NCBI GenBank assembly: GCA_030141605.1
Contig: JAQGDQ010000365.1
Coordinates: forward strand, 169,519-233,518
DNA: 64,000 nucleotides
Source: Tubiluchus corallicola
Lineage: Eukaryota > Animalia > Priapulida
Direction: 5' to 3'
The notes below the pieces were generated by a model. The model made no database searches and was not told the origin of the DNA. It saw only the letters and a program-made list of their open reading frames with translations. Below are positions 44,438 to 53,940 of the stretch, one piece after another; position 1 is the stretch's first letter, and each line of letters opens with the position of its first letter. The translations under genes and the position numbers were made by a program.

Positions 44438-47400
44438 TGGTTTTTTGTATATTTATGTTTATAACATCTCCTCCCACTTCTATTTCTTCTTTTTTGATAA
44501 GCGCATTTTTTGAAACAAAATTAAATTGTTTCGTTTGGGTTTCAGTACATATATATTCTTGATGTTTCTGTATGGCACTTTGCATTTTGCCATTGCTGAC
44601 TTCCAAGTCTATATTTATTTTGTCTTGTACGTCTAATCCAGAAGTTTTTCTCAAGTTTTGTATTTTATTTACCATCTCACGAGATATACCTTCTTGCCAA
44701 AGCTCTTCTGTAATGGTAATATCTAGTGCAACAGTAATATTGTTTTCTGATATTACTGACCACCCTTCTATGTCTTCTGACTGTATAAGCAAGTCATCAT
44801 ATTGCAAAGGTATTATTTCATTGTTAACATTCAAACTTAAATTATGATATGTTTCAAAGTTTGCAATATCCTCTTTTGTTAATTGTGATATTGCTTTGGC
44901 AATATCTTTTATCTTACTTCCGTATTTGCTGCCTAATTTTTTAAAGTTGGGCTTTGCCTTTTTAATGACTATATCCGAACTATTTTTTACATATTTTATG
45001 TTTTTTATGTTTACTTCAGACATTATAAGTGTTTTAACGTGTTCTATTTGTTGCTTCACTTTTTCATCTGAAATGGGGATAAGAATTGTTGCTAATGGTT
45101 GCCTTACCTTAATTTTATGTGTTTTTCTTATTGAGTGCACCAATGAGGAAATAGTTTGAGCCAATGCTACAGTTTTTTCTAAATCTTTGTCTATTAGCTT
45201 CTTATCAACCTTAGGAAAATTGGTCAGGTGTATAGATGTTTCATTATCAAAATGTAAGTTTTCATACAGCTTGTCAGTATAAAATGGAGCTATGGGGGCT
45301 ATGAGTTGAGCTATTGTTGATAGACATGTATGTAATGTATTATAAGCGGCTCTTTTATCATCATTTAGGTTTCCTTTCCAAAATCTCTTTCTATTTAAGC
45401 GCACATACCAATTGCTTAGATCATTAACTACAAAGTCTTGTATTGATCTAGCCACTTTGGTTGGCTCATAATTATCATAATATTTTTCTACATTAGCTAT
45501 CAAGCTATTAAGCTTGGATACTATCCACCTATCGCTTTCTGTTTTGCTTTGTGATAGGGCATGATGCTCTTTGTAATTATACTTATCAAGATTGGCATAT
45601 AAGGCAAAAAACATATATGTATTTTGAAGTGTGCCAAAAAACTTTCTTTGTACTTTTTCTACTCCTTTTTCATCAAATTTTAAATTGTCCCAAGGATTAG
45701 AATTGCCTGTAATGTACCACCGCGTAGCATCAGCACCATATTTTTCTATAATTTCAAATGGATCAATGGCATTTCCTACGCGTTTTGACATCTTGTTTCC
45801 TTCTTTGTCTAATACCAAGCCATTGGACACTACATTTTTAAAAGCAACGCTATCAAATAACATTACAGATAGGGTGTGCAGTGTAAAGAACCATCCACGT
45901 GTTTGATCTACGCCCTCTGCTATGAAATCTGCGGGGAAAGAGTTAGCAAAGGTAGGCTTATTTTCAAATGGATAGTGCCATTGTGCATAGGGCATTGCTC
46001 CTGAGTCGAACCATACATCTATTAAGTCTTTTTCACGGTACATTGCTGTTTTTGTACTACTTAACAAAACAATTTCGTCAACAAGGGGTCTATGAGGGTC
46101 AAAATCATTTTTTAATGATTCTTTCATTAGCCCTGCTTTTATTGACTTTTCTACTTCTTGTTTTAACTCTTCGAATGAACCAATGCATTTTTCTTCTTTT
46201 CCATCTTTTGTTCGCCAAATGGGTAGAGGAGTTCCCCAAAAACGAGATCTGCTCAAGTTCCAATCAACAAGATTTTCAAGCCAATTACCAAATCTTCCTG
46301 TTCCTGTTGCAGATGGTTTCCAGTTGATGGATTTATTATACTTTATCAGTTTTTCTTTACATGCTGTTGTCTTTATGAACCAAGACTCCAAAGGGTAGTA
46401 TAAAATGGGCTTATCAGTTCGCCAACAATGAGGGTAGGAGTGCTCATATTTTTCTACTTTGAAGGCTTTGTTTTCTTCTTTTAATTTTATTGCTATTAGC
46501 ATGTCGGTAGACTTATAGCCGGGCACAGAAGTATCTTCATCTGCGTAGTTTTTCACGTACATACCAGCGAAGTCTGTTATCTCTTTTACAAACTTACCTT
46601 GCCTGTCTACTATTGGCATTTCATTACCGTTTTTGTCTTTTATTGTTACGGCAGGGATATTATATTGTTGAGATATTTTATAATCATCAGCACCAAATGT
46701 TTTGGCAATGTGCACAATCCCCGTCCCATCTTGTGTAGTAACAAAGTCGCCAATGATGACTTTAAGTGCAGGAGATTGCAAAGGAATATATGGCAATAAC
46801 TGTTCATACTCTATATTTGCCAAATCTTTTCCTAAATACTCTTCTACTATTTCATATGGAATAGGCTGTTTGTTGGGGGTGTAACTACTTAGGTCAACAT
46901 CTTTTGCTTTTGGATTAAAGTATGTATGTAGTAGGTCTTTTGCCAATATTACGTTTATTGGTTGGTGTGTATATTGGTTAAATGTTTTTACTTTTACATA
47001 CGTTATGTTTTTTCCTATCGCCAATGAGTTATTGGCAGGGAGTGTCCATGGTGTAGTAGTCCAAGCAAGGAAATAATCATTTTTGGAGTTTTTTATTTTA
47101 AATTGAGCAACAATAGAAGTATCTTTTATAGTCCTATAAGTACCAGATTGATTGAGTTCATGCGAGCTTAGCCCTGTGCCTGCGGCGGGTGAAAATGGCT
47201 GTATGGTGTAGCCTTTATACAAAAGCCCTTTTTCATAAAGTTTTTTTAGTAGGTACCATAATGTTTCTATATAATCTCTATCAAATGTGATGTAGGGCCT
47301 ATCTAAATCTACCCAATAGCCCATTTTTTCTGTCAACTCATCCCACTCTTTTTTATATTTCATTACAGTGGCTTTGCACTCATCGTTATATTTAGCAATA

Positions 47401-47735
47401 GAGATTTTTTTGCCTATATCTTTTTTTGTAATATTTAAGTCTTTTTCTACTTGCAGTTCTACGGGTAACCCATGGGCATCCCATCCTCCTTTACGATTTA
47501 CAAAAAAACCTTGTAATGTTTTATACCGACAAAAAATATCCTTTATTGTTCGGCTCATAGTATGGTGAATACCGGGTTTTCCGTTGGCGGATGGAGGACC
47601 TTCATAAAAAACAAAGGGCTGCGAATTGCTTCGCATTTCTAATGATTTTTTAAAAATATTATTTTTCTTCCATTTGTCAAGAACATTTTGTTCTATGTTT
47701 GAGAAACTTTTTTCCTTATCTTCTTTATATAGCAC
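44424..47735 (-). CDS. ileS: isoleucine--tRNA ligase
   Basis: EGPPSANG.PGIHH, GWDAHGLP, WTTTPWTLP, GTGIVH, DWNLSRSRFWG, EGVDQTRGWF, KMSKR. GTG start; TAAATTTG promoter element at 47766-47773. Confidence 0.96.
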   Translation of the reverse strand: MLYKEDKEKSFSNIEQNVLDKWKKNNIFKKSLEMRSNSQPFVFYEGPPSANGKPGIHHTMSRTIKDIFCRYKTLQGFFVNRKGGWDAHGLPVELQVEKDLNITKKDIGKKISIAKYNDECKATVMKYKKEWDELTEKMGYWVDLDRPYITFDRDYIETLWYLLKKLYEKGLLYKGYTIQPFSPAAGTGLSSHELNQSGTYRTIKDTSIVAQFKIKNSKNDYFLAWTTTPWTLPANNSLAIGKNITYVKVKTFNQYTHQPINVILAKDLLHTYFNPKAKDVDLSSYTPNKQPIPYEIVEEYLGKDLANIEYEQLLPYIPLQSPALKVIIGDFVTTQDGTGIVHIAKTFGADDYKISQQYNIPAVTIKDKNGNEMPIVDRQGKFVKEITDFAGMYVKNYADEDTSVPGYKSTDMLIAIKLKEENKAFKVEKYEHSYPHCWRTDKPILYYPLESWFIKTTACKEKLIKYNKSINWKPSATGTGRFGNWLENLVDWNLSRSRFWGTPLPIWRTKDGKEEKCIGSFEELKQEVEKSIKAGLMKESLKNDFDPHRPLVDEIVLLSSTKTAMYREKDLIDVWFDSGAMPYAQWHYPFENKPTFANSFPADFIAEGVDQTRGWFFTLHTLSVMLFDSVAFKNVVSNGLVLDKEGNKMSKRVGNAIDPFEIIEKYGADATRWYITGNSNPWDNLKFDEKGVEKVQRKFFGTLQNTYMFFALYANLDKYNYKEHHALSQSKTESDRWIVSKLNSLIANVEKYYDNYEPTKVARSIQDFVVNDLSNWYVRLNRKRFWKGNLNDDKRAAYNTLHTCLSTIAQLIAPIAPFYTDKLYENLHFDNETSIHLTNFPKVDKKLIDKDLEKTVALAQTISSLVHSIRKTHKIKVRQPLATILIPISDEKVKQQIEHVKTLIMSEVNIKNIKYVKNSSDIVIKKAKPNFKKLGSKYGSKIKDIAKAISQLTKEDIANFETYHNLSLNVNNEIIPLQYDDLLIQSEDIEGWSVISENNITVALDITITEELWQEGISREMVNKIQNLRKTSGLDVQDKINIDLEVSNGKMQSAIQKHQEYICTETQTKQFNFVSKNALIKKEEIEVGGDVININIQKTNEIL

Positions 47736-48051
47736 TGTGATGAGTATTAAGATTTAATTAAGATGCAAATTTAAAGAAAATTAGAATAATGATGGGTATT
47801 TAGCCTGTTTTTTGTACAACAATTATAACTGTGGCAATGTGTTACTACTATCTTTTTTTACTATAATATTTTGCACTTTGTGCAAATAACAACATGTGAA
47901 AAGTGTAAGATTGATAATAATGACAAGAAAAGAAGAGAAGCCAAAAAAGAGTTTTAATAGGGCATATTTTTATTGATAGGTGCTTTTATTGAGTATAAAA
48001 ATTGTATTTTTGAAATTCTTTTGAATATATAAGTAATATATATTGTCCATA

Positions 48052-48915
48052 ATGAAAAATTTACTTAAAAAAGTATACAAATATCAAATTAAGATAAGAA
48101 AAGCGATAGAGGAGCAAATGCACGGTGATTTTCACTCTGTATTCAAAGGTTCAGGATTGGAGTTTGACGATGTAAGACCGTACCAGTATGGAGATGAAGT
48201 GCGGGCAATCAATTGGAGTGTATCAGCAAAGGGTCATGGAGTTTATGTAAATACATTTAAAGAAGAAAAAGAACAAACAGTATCTTTTTTATTAGATGTA
48301 AGTGCTTCACAAGATATAGGAAGTAAGGGGAAACGTAAGCTTGACATAGCAAAGGAGATATGTGGAATATTGTGTTTGTCGGCTATTGAGGAAAATAGTC
48401 GCGTAGGATTAGTCTGTTTTTCGGATAGAAAAGAGCGATATGTTAAACCGAATAAAGGAAAACACCATGCTTATTATTTTTTGACTTCACTTTTTAATTT
48501 GCAACCACAGTCATTGAAAACAAACCTATCAGAAGCGTTTTTGTTTGTAATTAAAACATTAAAAAAGCGAAGCATTATTATAATTATTTCAGATTTTATA
48601 GATGATGACTATCAAACACAATTGAAAAAATCTTGCAACTAAACATGATGTGGTAGCTATTCATATTAGCGATCAAAGAGAAACCCATTTGCCCAAACTT
48701 GGAATTATCCCGTTGTATGATACCGAAACACAGTCTACTTTGTGGTTGAACAACTCTACTATAAATTTTAGAAAAAAAGTAGAAAAAGAGTTTTTGGTAA
48801 CCAACAAGAGTTTATAAAATTTTGCAAGAAAAAAATATCAGTTACATAAACATTAACACTAATGAAGATTATAAAACTTATTGAAATGTTTAGGGTTAGA
48901 AATAAAAGGAGATAA
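48052..48915 (+). pseudogene. DUF58 (MoxR-associated) gene with about four indels in its 3' third (assembly errors or decay)
   Basis: HSVFKGSGLEFDDVRPYQYGDEVRAINW, FKEEKE, IISDF. Shifted frames continue LATKHDVVAIHISDQRE..LPKLGIIP...INTNEDY...KLIEMFRVRNKRR*. Confidence 0.75.
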
Positions 48916-49840
48916 GCATTTATATAGCATATTATTATTGGTAGTTTTAATTTTATTATCATACGTAAAAGTAGATGCCTCTATTACCGTTGATGTAAAA
49001 GGAGAGTTTTTAAAAAAAGAAATTAATGTTGGTGAAGAAGTGGAGTATGTGCTTACATGTGCCTATCCTAATGAATTGAATATTTTATTTCCCGGAGAAA
49101 AAGACAAATTTGGGGCGTTTGTAATAAAGGAATTAAAATTTTTTCCTACTTTTTCTGATTTCAACAACGATAAAGATAGTGTAGTTTATACCCTTACAAT
49201 TTTTGAGACAGATACTGTTCAAAAATTGCAGTTACCCGTGTTTATAATTACAGAAACAGGCGATAGCATTATTAGGTATACTAATATAGACTCAATAAGA
49301 ATATTGCCAATTATAACAGAAGTGCCACAAGAGATACAATTAAAACAAAATACAGACTATTTAGTAGTAAATAGAGAGTTTAATGTAAGAAAATTTTTAA
49401 TCATTTTTGGAGTATGCCTATTCATAATTGCGACAATAGTGTGGATATTTAATAAGCAAATGTATGCTCTGTGTCGGATATTATTGTTGAAAAGAAAACA
49501 TAAAAAATTTGTTTTAAGATTTGTACAGAAAACACATAGTCTCACGCCAGAATACTTTCCTGAAGAAATGGTGTTACTATTACAAGAGTGGCAAAGATAT
49601 ATGGAAAAGACAGTTTCCATATCATTTACCACAATGACCTCAAAAGAAGTAAAACAACATAATCGAAAATTGGGATCTCTTGCTAAAACATTGAGTGCCA
49701 TAGACACATATATATACTCTGGCAATGCGAATAACAAGGTAAAGAAACAGTTTTTGCGATTGCAAAAAATTTCAGACCATTTGGTAGAAAAAGAAATAAT
49801 AAAAATAAGACATGGAAGCAGGAGAAATATTGCAAAATAG
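48881..49840 (+). CDS. BatD-like membrane-anchored protein of the DUF58-BatA locus
   Basis: N-terminal hydrophobic segment, Ig-like region (GEFLKKEINVGE..DSVVYTLTIFE), TM near residue 180. Start codon uncertain. Confidence 0.6.
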   Translation: MKCLGLEIKGDKHLYSILLLVVLILLSYVKVDASITVDVKGEFLKKEINVGEEVEYVLTCAYPNELNILFPGEKDKFGAFVIKELKFFPTFSDFNNDKDSVVYTLTIFETDTVQKLQLPVFIITETGDSIIRYTNIDSIRILPIITEVPQEIQLKQNTDYLVVNREFNVRKFLIIFGVCLFIIATIVWIFNKQMYALCRILLLKRKHKKFVLRFVQKTHSLTPEYFPEEMVLLLQEWQRYMEKTVSISFTTMTSKEVKQHNRKLGSLAKTLSAIDTYIYSGNANNKVKKQFLRLQKISDHLVEKEIIKIRHGSRRNIAK

Positions 49841-50864
49841 TTGGTGGTCATTATATTGGTTTTTCCCATCCACATTTAAAAGTTTTAATTGGGGAAATGG
49901 GTATTTTTTATATTTATTATTGTTTATCCCTATTTTTTTTGGGCTAAAATGGATAATATTTAAAAAATATGGTATAAAACTAAAAATTGCAGTTTTACAA
50001 AAAACAGCAAAAAAACACAAAATCAATCTATTGCGCTTAATACCCAATGTATTAATAGGGTTGATTATAGCTCTTTTGATAATATCGTTGGCGCGACCTC
50101 AAAAAACAGATGAAGTGATAGAGCAATGGTCTAGTGGTATAGATATAATTATGGCAATAGATATATCGTTGTCGATGTCATTACAAGATTTACAGCCTGA
50201 TAGATTAAGAGCAGCAAAAAATGTAGCAAAAAAATTTATTGTAGGAAGAAAGTTTGATAGAATAGGAGTAGTCATTTTTGCAGGAGAAGCCTACTCTATG
50301 GCCCCGCTCACTACCGACAAAAAGCTTTTGTTAGATTATGTCAATGATATTTCTTTTGATAAAATAAAAAAAGAAGGAACAGCCATAGGAACAGCCTTGG
50401 CAATCTCTACTAATAGGCTTCGTTCTTCTGAAGCCAAAACTAAAGTAATAATATTGTTGAGTGATGGCGAAAGTAATACAGGAAACATTGACCCTGCCTT
50501 GGCAGCAAAATTAGCACATGGATATGGAATAAAAGTTTATACCATTGCTGTTGGTAAGGAAGGAAAAGTACCCAGTGGCGTAAACGTATTTGGCCAAACA
50601 ACATATGTAGAAAACCATTTAGATGAAATAACTTTACGCGAAATAGCTCTTGTTACTAATGGAAAATTTTTTAGAGCGATTGACACAAACTCATTGAACA
50701 ATATATTTCGCTCTATAGATAACTATGAAAAAACAGAGATAAAAGAGAACAAATACCAACATGTTACAGACTGCTATTTTAATTATCTTAAATGGGCTAT
50801 TTTATTGTTTCTTGCCTGGATAGCACTAAAATCTTCATTTATCTCTAATGTTTTGCAGGATTAA
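49812..50864 (+). CDS. batA: BatA-like VWA domain protein
   Basis: LARPQ, DISLSM MIDAS, DRIGVVIFAG, PLTTD, GTAIG, LLSDGES, KVYTIAVG. Confidence 0.85.
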   Translation: MEAGEILQNSWWSLYWFFPSTFKSFNWGNGYFLYLLLFIPIFFGLKWIIFKKYGIKLKIAVLQKTAKKHKINLLRLIPNVLIGLIIALLIISLARPQKTDEVIEQWSSGIDIIMAIDISLSMSLQDLQPDRLRAAKNVAKKFIVGRKFDRIGVVIFAGEAYSMAPLTTDKKLLLDYVNDISFDKIKKEGTAIGTALAISTNRLRSSEAKTKVIILLSDGESNTGNIDPALAAKLAHGYGIKVYTIAVGKEGKVPSGVNVFGQTTYVENHLDEITLREIALVTNGKFFRAIDTNSLNNIFRSIDNYEKTEIKENKYQHVTDCYFNYLKWAILLFLAWIALKSSFISNVLQD

Positions 50865-50878
50865 ATAAATATTGATTT

Positions 50879-51763
50879 ATGCAAGAGAATGCAAAAAAAC
50901 TAATCAAATCAATCAATGTAAAACTACAACGAGCAACTGTTGTGGACTCTTTTGATAGTATTGTTAAAGAAAAGGGAAACATGTTAATCTTGGTTCAAGA
51001 GGGCGCTATTAAATACACAAAAGGAGAGAAACCATTAGATAAAGGAAAAATACTATTTCTCAACAATAAGGAAAAAATAGACTTTTTAAACTTCAATAAA
51101 CCACAACATAAAAACACCTTACCTCCTAACCATGACTTCTTTTCTATCATAACATTTGATGCTCAATTGTTTGATACTGTAAACATTTTTTCAGCAATTA
51201 ATTTACCTCGTTTTATTGTTATAGAAGATAAGAATTTGGCAATAATAATTGATGCAATTGTAAGAGAAAGTAGAGAAAAACAGATAGAAAATAATACAGA
51301 AGCGTTCTTAATAGGACAAGACAGAATAGTACAACACTATGTTGGCATTTTAATTATAAAATTAATGCAGTATTTCTTAAATCATTCCAAATTCAAAAAA
51401 CAATTTTCATCTCTTTTTGACTATTTTAACCACAAAAAGTTGATAAAGGTGTTTTCTTACATTAAAGAAAATATAGACAAAAATTTGTCAAATAAATCGC
51501 TTGCTCAAATTACGGGATTGTCAGAAAATTATATAGGGCGTTATTTTAAAGCAATTACTCACACCTCACTACAATGTTATATAGAGTCCCAACGGCTTGA
51601 ATATGCTATTGAATTGTTAAAAGACACAGCGAAGCCCATTGCAGAAATAAGCAAAGAGTGTGGCTTTAGTGACGTAACCTATTTTTGTAAACGATTTAAA
51701 AAAAGACATCAAGTGCCTCCCAAAAATATCCGAAAAAAAGAATTAAAAATATATGGAGAATAG
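50879..51763 (+). CDS. AraC family transcriptional regulator
   Basis: C-terminal double HTH: LAQITGLSENYIGRYFK...RLEYAIELL...ISKECGFSDVTYFCKRFKK. Confidence 0.88.
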   Translation: MQENAKKLIKSINVKLQRATVVDSFDSIVKEKGNMLILVQEGAIKYTKGEKPLDKGKILFLNNKEKIDFLNFNKPQHKNTLPPNHDFFSIITFDAQLFDTVNIFSAINLPRFIVIEDKNLAIIIDAIVRESREKQIENNTEAFLIGQDRIVQHYVGILIIKLMQYFLNHSKFKKQFSSLFDYFNHKKLIKVFSYIKENIDKNLSNKSLAQITGLSENYIGRYFKAITHTSLQCYIESQRLEYAIELLKDTAKPIAEISKECGFSDVTYFCKRFKKRHQVPPKNIRKKELKIYGE

Positions 51764-51834
51764 ATTTATCAACGCTTTTAAGGATGTGTTTTTAAAATAT
51801 ATTCATAACTCTACACTAAAAAATTAAATTTTAT

Positions 51835-51842
51835 TACATTTG
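51835..51842 (+). promoter_or_regulatory. -7 element TACATTTG of lipoprotein gene 1
   Basis: TAnnTTTG 43 nt before the ATG. Confidence 0.65.
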
Positions 51843-51885
51843 TGCAGAATTATAACTTATTAACATTAACAAAAAAATTAAAATC

Positions 51886-53037
51886 ATGGAAAAATTAAAA
51901 AATTATCTTTCAAAGAGTAACCTTTTGAAGTTATTCCTTTTATCTCTTTTTGTTTCTTTTTTGTATTCTTGCTCTGATGACGGAGGAAGCGATGACCCAA
52001 CACCATCCCTAGAGACTAAGAATATTCTTGTAGTAAATCAAGACACCTTTAAACTGCGAGACGCAAATTATTTAACCCGATATGCAGATAAAAAAATACT
52101 TTCTGTGTCAATTTTAGATGAAGAAATAACACCTGACATTCTCAATGGATCATTAAATGGAAGAGGATGCTTTTTTGGCTTTGAAATAAAGTCTGCTGAA
52201 GAAGGAAAAATCAAGGCAGGAAAATATACTTTTGCCAACAGCGTAGAGGAAGCTCAAGAAAATCAATTTTTTGGAATGTTTGGATTCAAAGACGTAGAGG
52301 GCTACAAAATAGCTTCTATTTTAAATGACGAAACTCATGTTGACTATGAGGACCTTAGAAAGGAAGCCTTTGACATTACTCAAGGAACGTTGGAAATTAC
52401 AGCGACTGATGATGCTGAGTGGAAAATAGAGTTTGTAGGAAAAGCAAAAATGGCTGGAACAGGTGAAGAAGTAGATGTTTACTGTCGTTTTGTAAGACAA
52501 ATAGGAGATGTTACAGACTATTCACCGAAAAAAGAGTTTACCATTGATGAAACAACATATAGAGGTAACTGGACTGTTTATAAAGTCAATCCAGAAAATA
52601 ACAAATTAATAGGCATATGTCTGCTTGATGAAAAAATGACAGTTGATCTTGAAGACACCGATCAACCATTTTCAGGAGCTGGATCATTCGTTAGGATTCA
52701 AGTATATTCAACTACGGAAAACAGTATTGCATCACAGAAATATGAACCAACAACGACAGAATTACAAGAAGGTGAATTTACAATTACCTATTTTCGTGAA
52801 TTAGATGCAAGCGAGGTGATAGGAATACTTGGCGACAACCCACAGGTAGATGAAAGTAAGGTGTATGATATCACTGATGTTACAACAGAATTGAATATTA
52901 ATACAGACCAAACGGGATCTTATAAAATAACATATGCTGTTAATTCCAATGAGCAAGGTACAGCTGAAAATGGCAACAATGAAGAGGTAGCAACGGTTAT
53001 AAACTTTATGAGTTATGGACATAAAATAGAAGAATAA
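51886..53037 (+). CDS. hypothetical surface lipoprotein with two copies of an unrecognised domain
   Basis: Lipobox LYSC followed by acidic SDDGGSDDP (surface-export-like signal). Internal repeat: SILDEEIT...LNGRG / CLLDEKMT...FSGAG. Confidence 0.8.
   Translation: MEKLKNYLSKSNLLKLFLLSLFVSFLYSCSDDGGSDDPTPSLETKNILVVNQDTFKLRDANYLTRYADKKILSVSILDEEITPDILNGSLNGRGCFFGFEIKSAEEGKIKAGKYTFANSVEEAQENQFFGMFGFKDVEGYKIASILNDETHVDYEDLRKEAFDITQGTLEITATDDAEWKIEFVGKAKMAGTGEEVDVYCRFVRQIGDVTDYSPKKEFTIDETTYRGNWTVYKVNPENNKLIGICLLDEKMTVDLEDTDQPFSGAGSFVRIQVYSTTENSIASQKYEPTTTELQEGEFTITYFRELDASEVIGILGDNPQVDESKVYDITDVTTELNINTDQTGSYKITYAVNSNEQGTAENGNNEEVATVINFMSYGHKIEE
52921..52965 (+). repeat. 45-nt exact direct repeat, copy 1
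   Basis: TATAAAATAACATATGCTGTTAATTCCAATGAGCAAGGTACAGCT, identical to 53702-53746. Confidence 0.95.
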
Positions 53038-53066
53038 TACACTTTGTTGTGTGTTCAAAAAAATAA

Positions 53067-53109
53067 TTTAATAAAAAAAGGGGAGCATTGCTCCCCTTTT
53101 TTTATTAAA
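53067..53109 (+). terminator. rho-independent terminator after lipoprotein gene 1
   Basis: Perfect 20-bp inverted repeat TTTAATAAAAAAAGGGGAGC-att-GCTCCCCTTTTTTTATTAAA. Confidence 0.85.
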
Positions 53110-53119
53110 GAAATATTGT

Positions 53120-53127
53120 TACATTTG
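53120..53127 (+). promoter_or_regulatory. -7 element TACATTTG of lipoprotein gene 2
   Basis: Same octamer as the one before gene 1. Confidence 0.65.
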
Positions 53128-53182
53128 TTATTAAAGTGAAAACCACAAATAATTAATTTAATTAACTAAACGACAAGAAACC

Positions 53183-53863
53183 ATGAAAAAAGAAAATTAT
53201 CATTTTAAAAATAGCCTTTGGAAATTATCTCTTTTACTTCTTTCCATAGCCTTTCTTCACACTTGTTCTTCAGATGCAGAAGAACCAGACCCCTCCGTAG
53301 ATCCCATAAATACTCTTGTAATAGGTGAAAGCACAATAGCATTACAAGATGCATTTCATGTGACATTTGAAGATGGAGAAGGAGGCATATATCTACTTGA
53401 TAAAAACCTGACGTTGGACCCTAATAACTACGAACAACCAGTTTCGGGCAGTGGCTCGTTGGCGGGCATTATGTTAGGAAAAAGTATTAGCCCAGGAGAG
53501 TATACGTTAAAATCAATTATGAGTGAAGATTATGAAATAGGAGAAAATCAATTTGCAATAATCTATTTCCATGAATTAACAGAGCAAGAAATAAAGGGAG
53601 TATTGATGGAAGATGAAGACATAATACCCAAGAATAAGGTTTATCTTGTAAGTGATCCTACAACAAAACTGCTTATTGAAAAAGGAGATGAAGCAAATAA
53701 CTATAAAATAACATATGCTGTTAATTCCAATGAGCAAGGTACAGCTATAAACGCAGGAAACTTCACAACAGTATCAACATCTATAGCGTTTTCAGGTGCC
53801 GTGCTTAATTTTGCTCCATTTGCAAATGTACAGAAGCAAAGGAATAATCTATTTTATTATTAA
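53183..53863 (+). CDS. hypothetical surface lipoprotein, single-domain paralog of 51886-53037
   Basis: Lipobox LHTC-SSDAEEPDP; shares LLD..LT.D....QP.SG.GS, YF.EL and YKITYAVNSNEQGTA with gene 1. Confidence 0.8.
   Translation: MKKENYHFKNSLWKLSLLLLSIAFLHTCSSDAEEPDPSVDPINTLVIGESTIALQDAFHVTFEDGEGGIYLLDKNLTLDPNNYEQPVSGSGSLAGIMLGKSISPGEYTLKSIMSEDYEIGENQFAIIYFHELTEQEIKGVLMEDEDIIPKNKVYLVSDPTTKLLIEKGDEANNYKITYAVNSNEQGTAINAGNFTTVSTSIAFSGAVLNFAPFANVQKQRNNLFYY
53702..53746 (+). repeat. 45-nt exact direct repeat, copy 2
   Basis: Identical to 52921-52965. Confidence 0.95.
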
Positions 53864-53897
53864 GCGTTTGTTGCATATAAAAAAATAATTTAGAATC

Positions 53898-53925
53898 AAA
53901 AAGGGGGGAGAAGGCTTCCCCTTTT
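53898..53925 (+). terminator. terminator after lipoprotein gene 2
   Basis: AAAAAGGGGGGAG-aagg-CTTCCCCTTTT, in a context resembling the gene 1 terminator. Confidence 0.65.
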
Positions 53926-53940
53926 ATATTAAACAGAAAC

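Noticed and set aside
52921-53800. Diversity-generating retroelement TR/VR pair
   Set aside because: The repeat is exact, flanking differences are not restricted to adenines, both copies are in coding sequence, and there is no reverse transcriptase in the window.
53038-53940. Integron attC sites after the lipoprotein genes
   Set aside because: No RYYYAAC/GTTRRRY ends and no integrase; the hairpins have ordinary terminator form.
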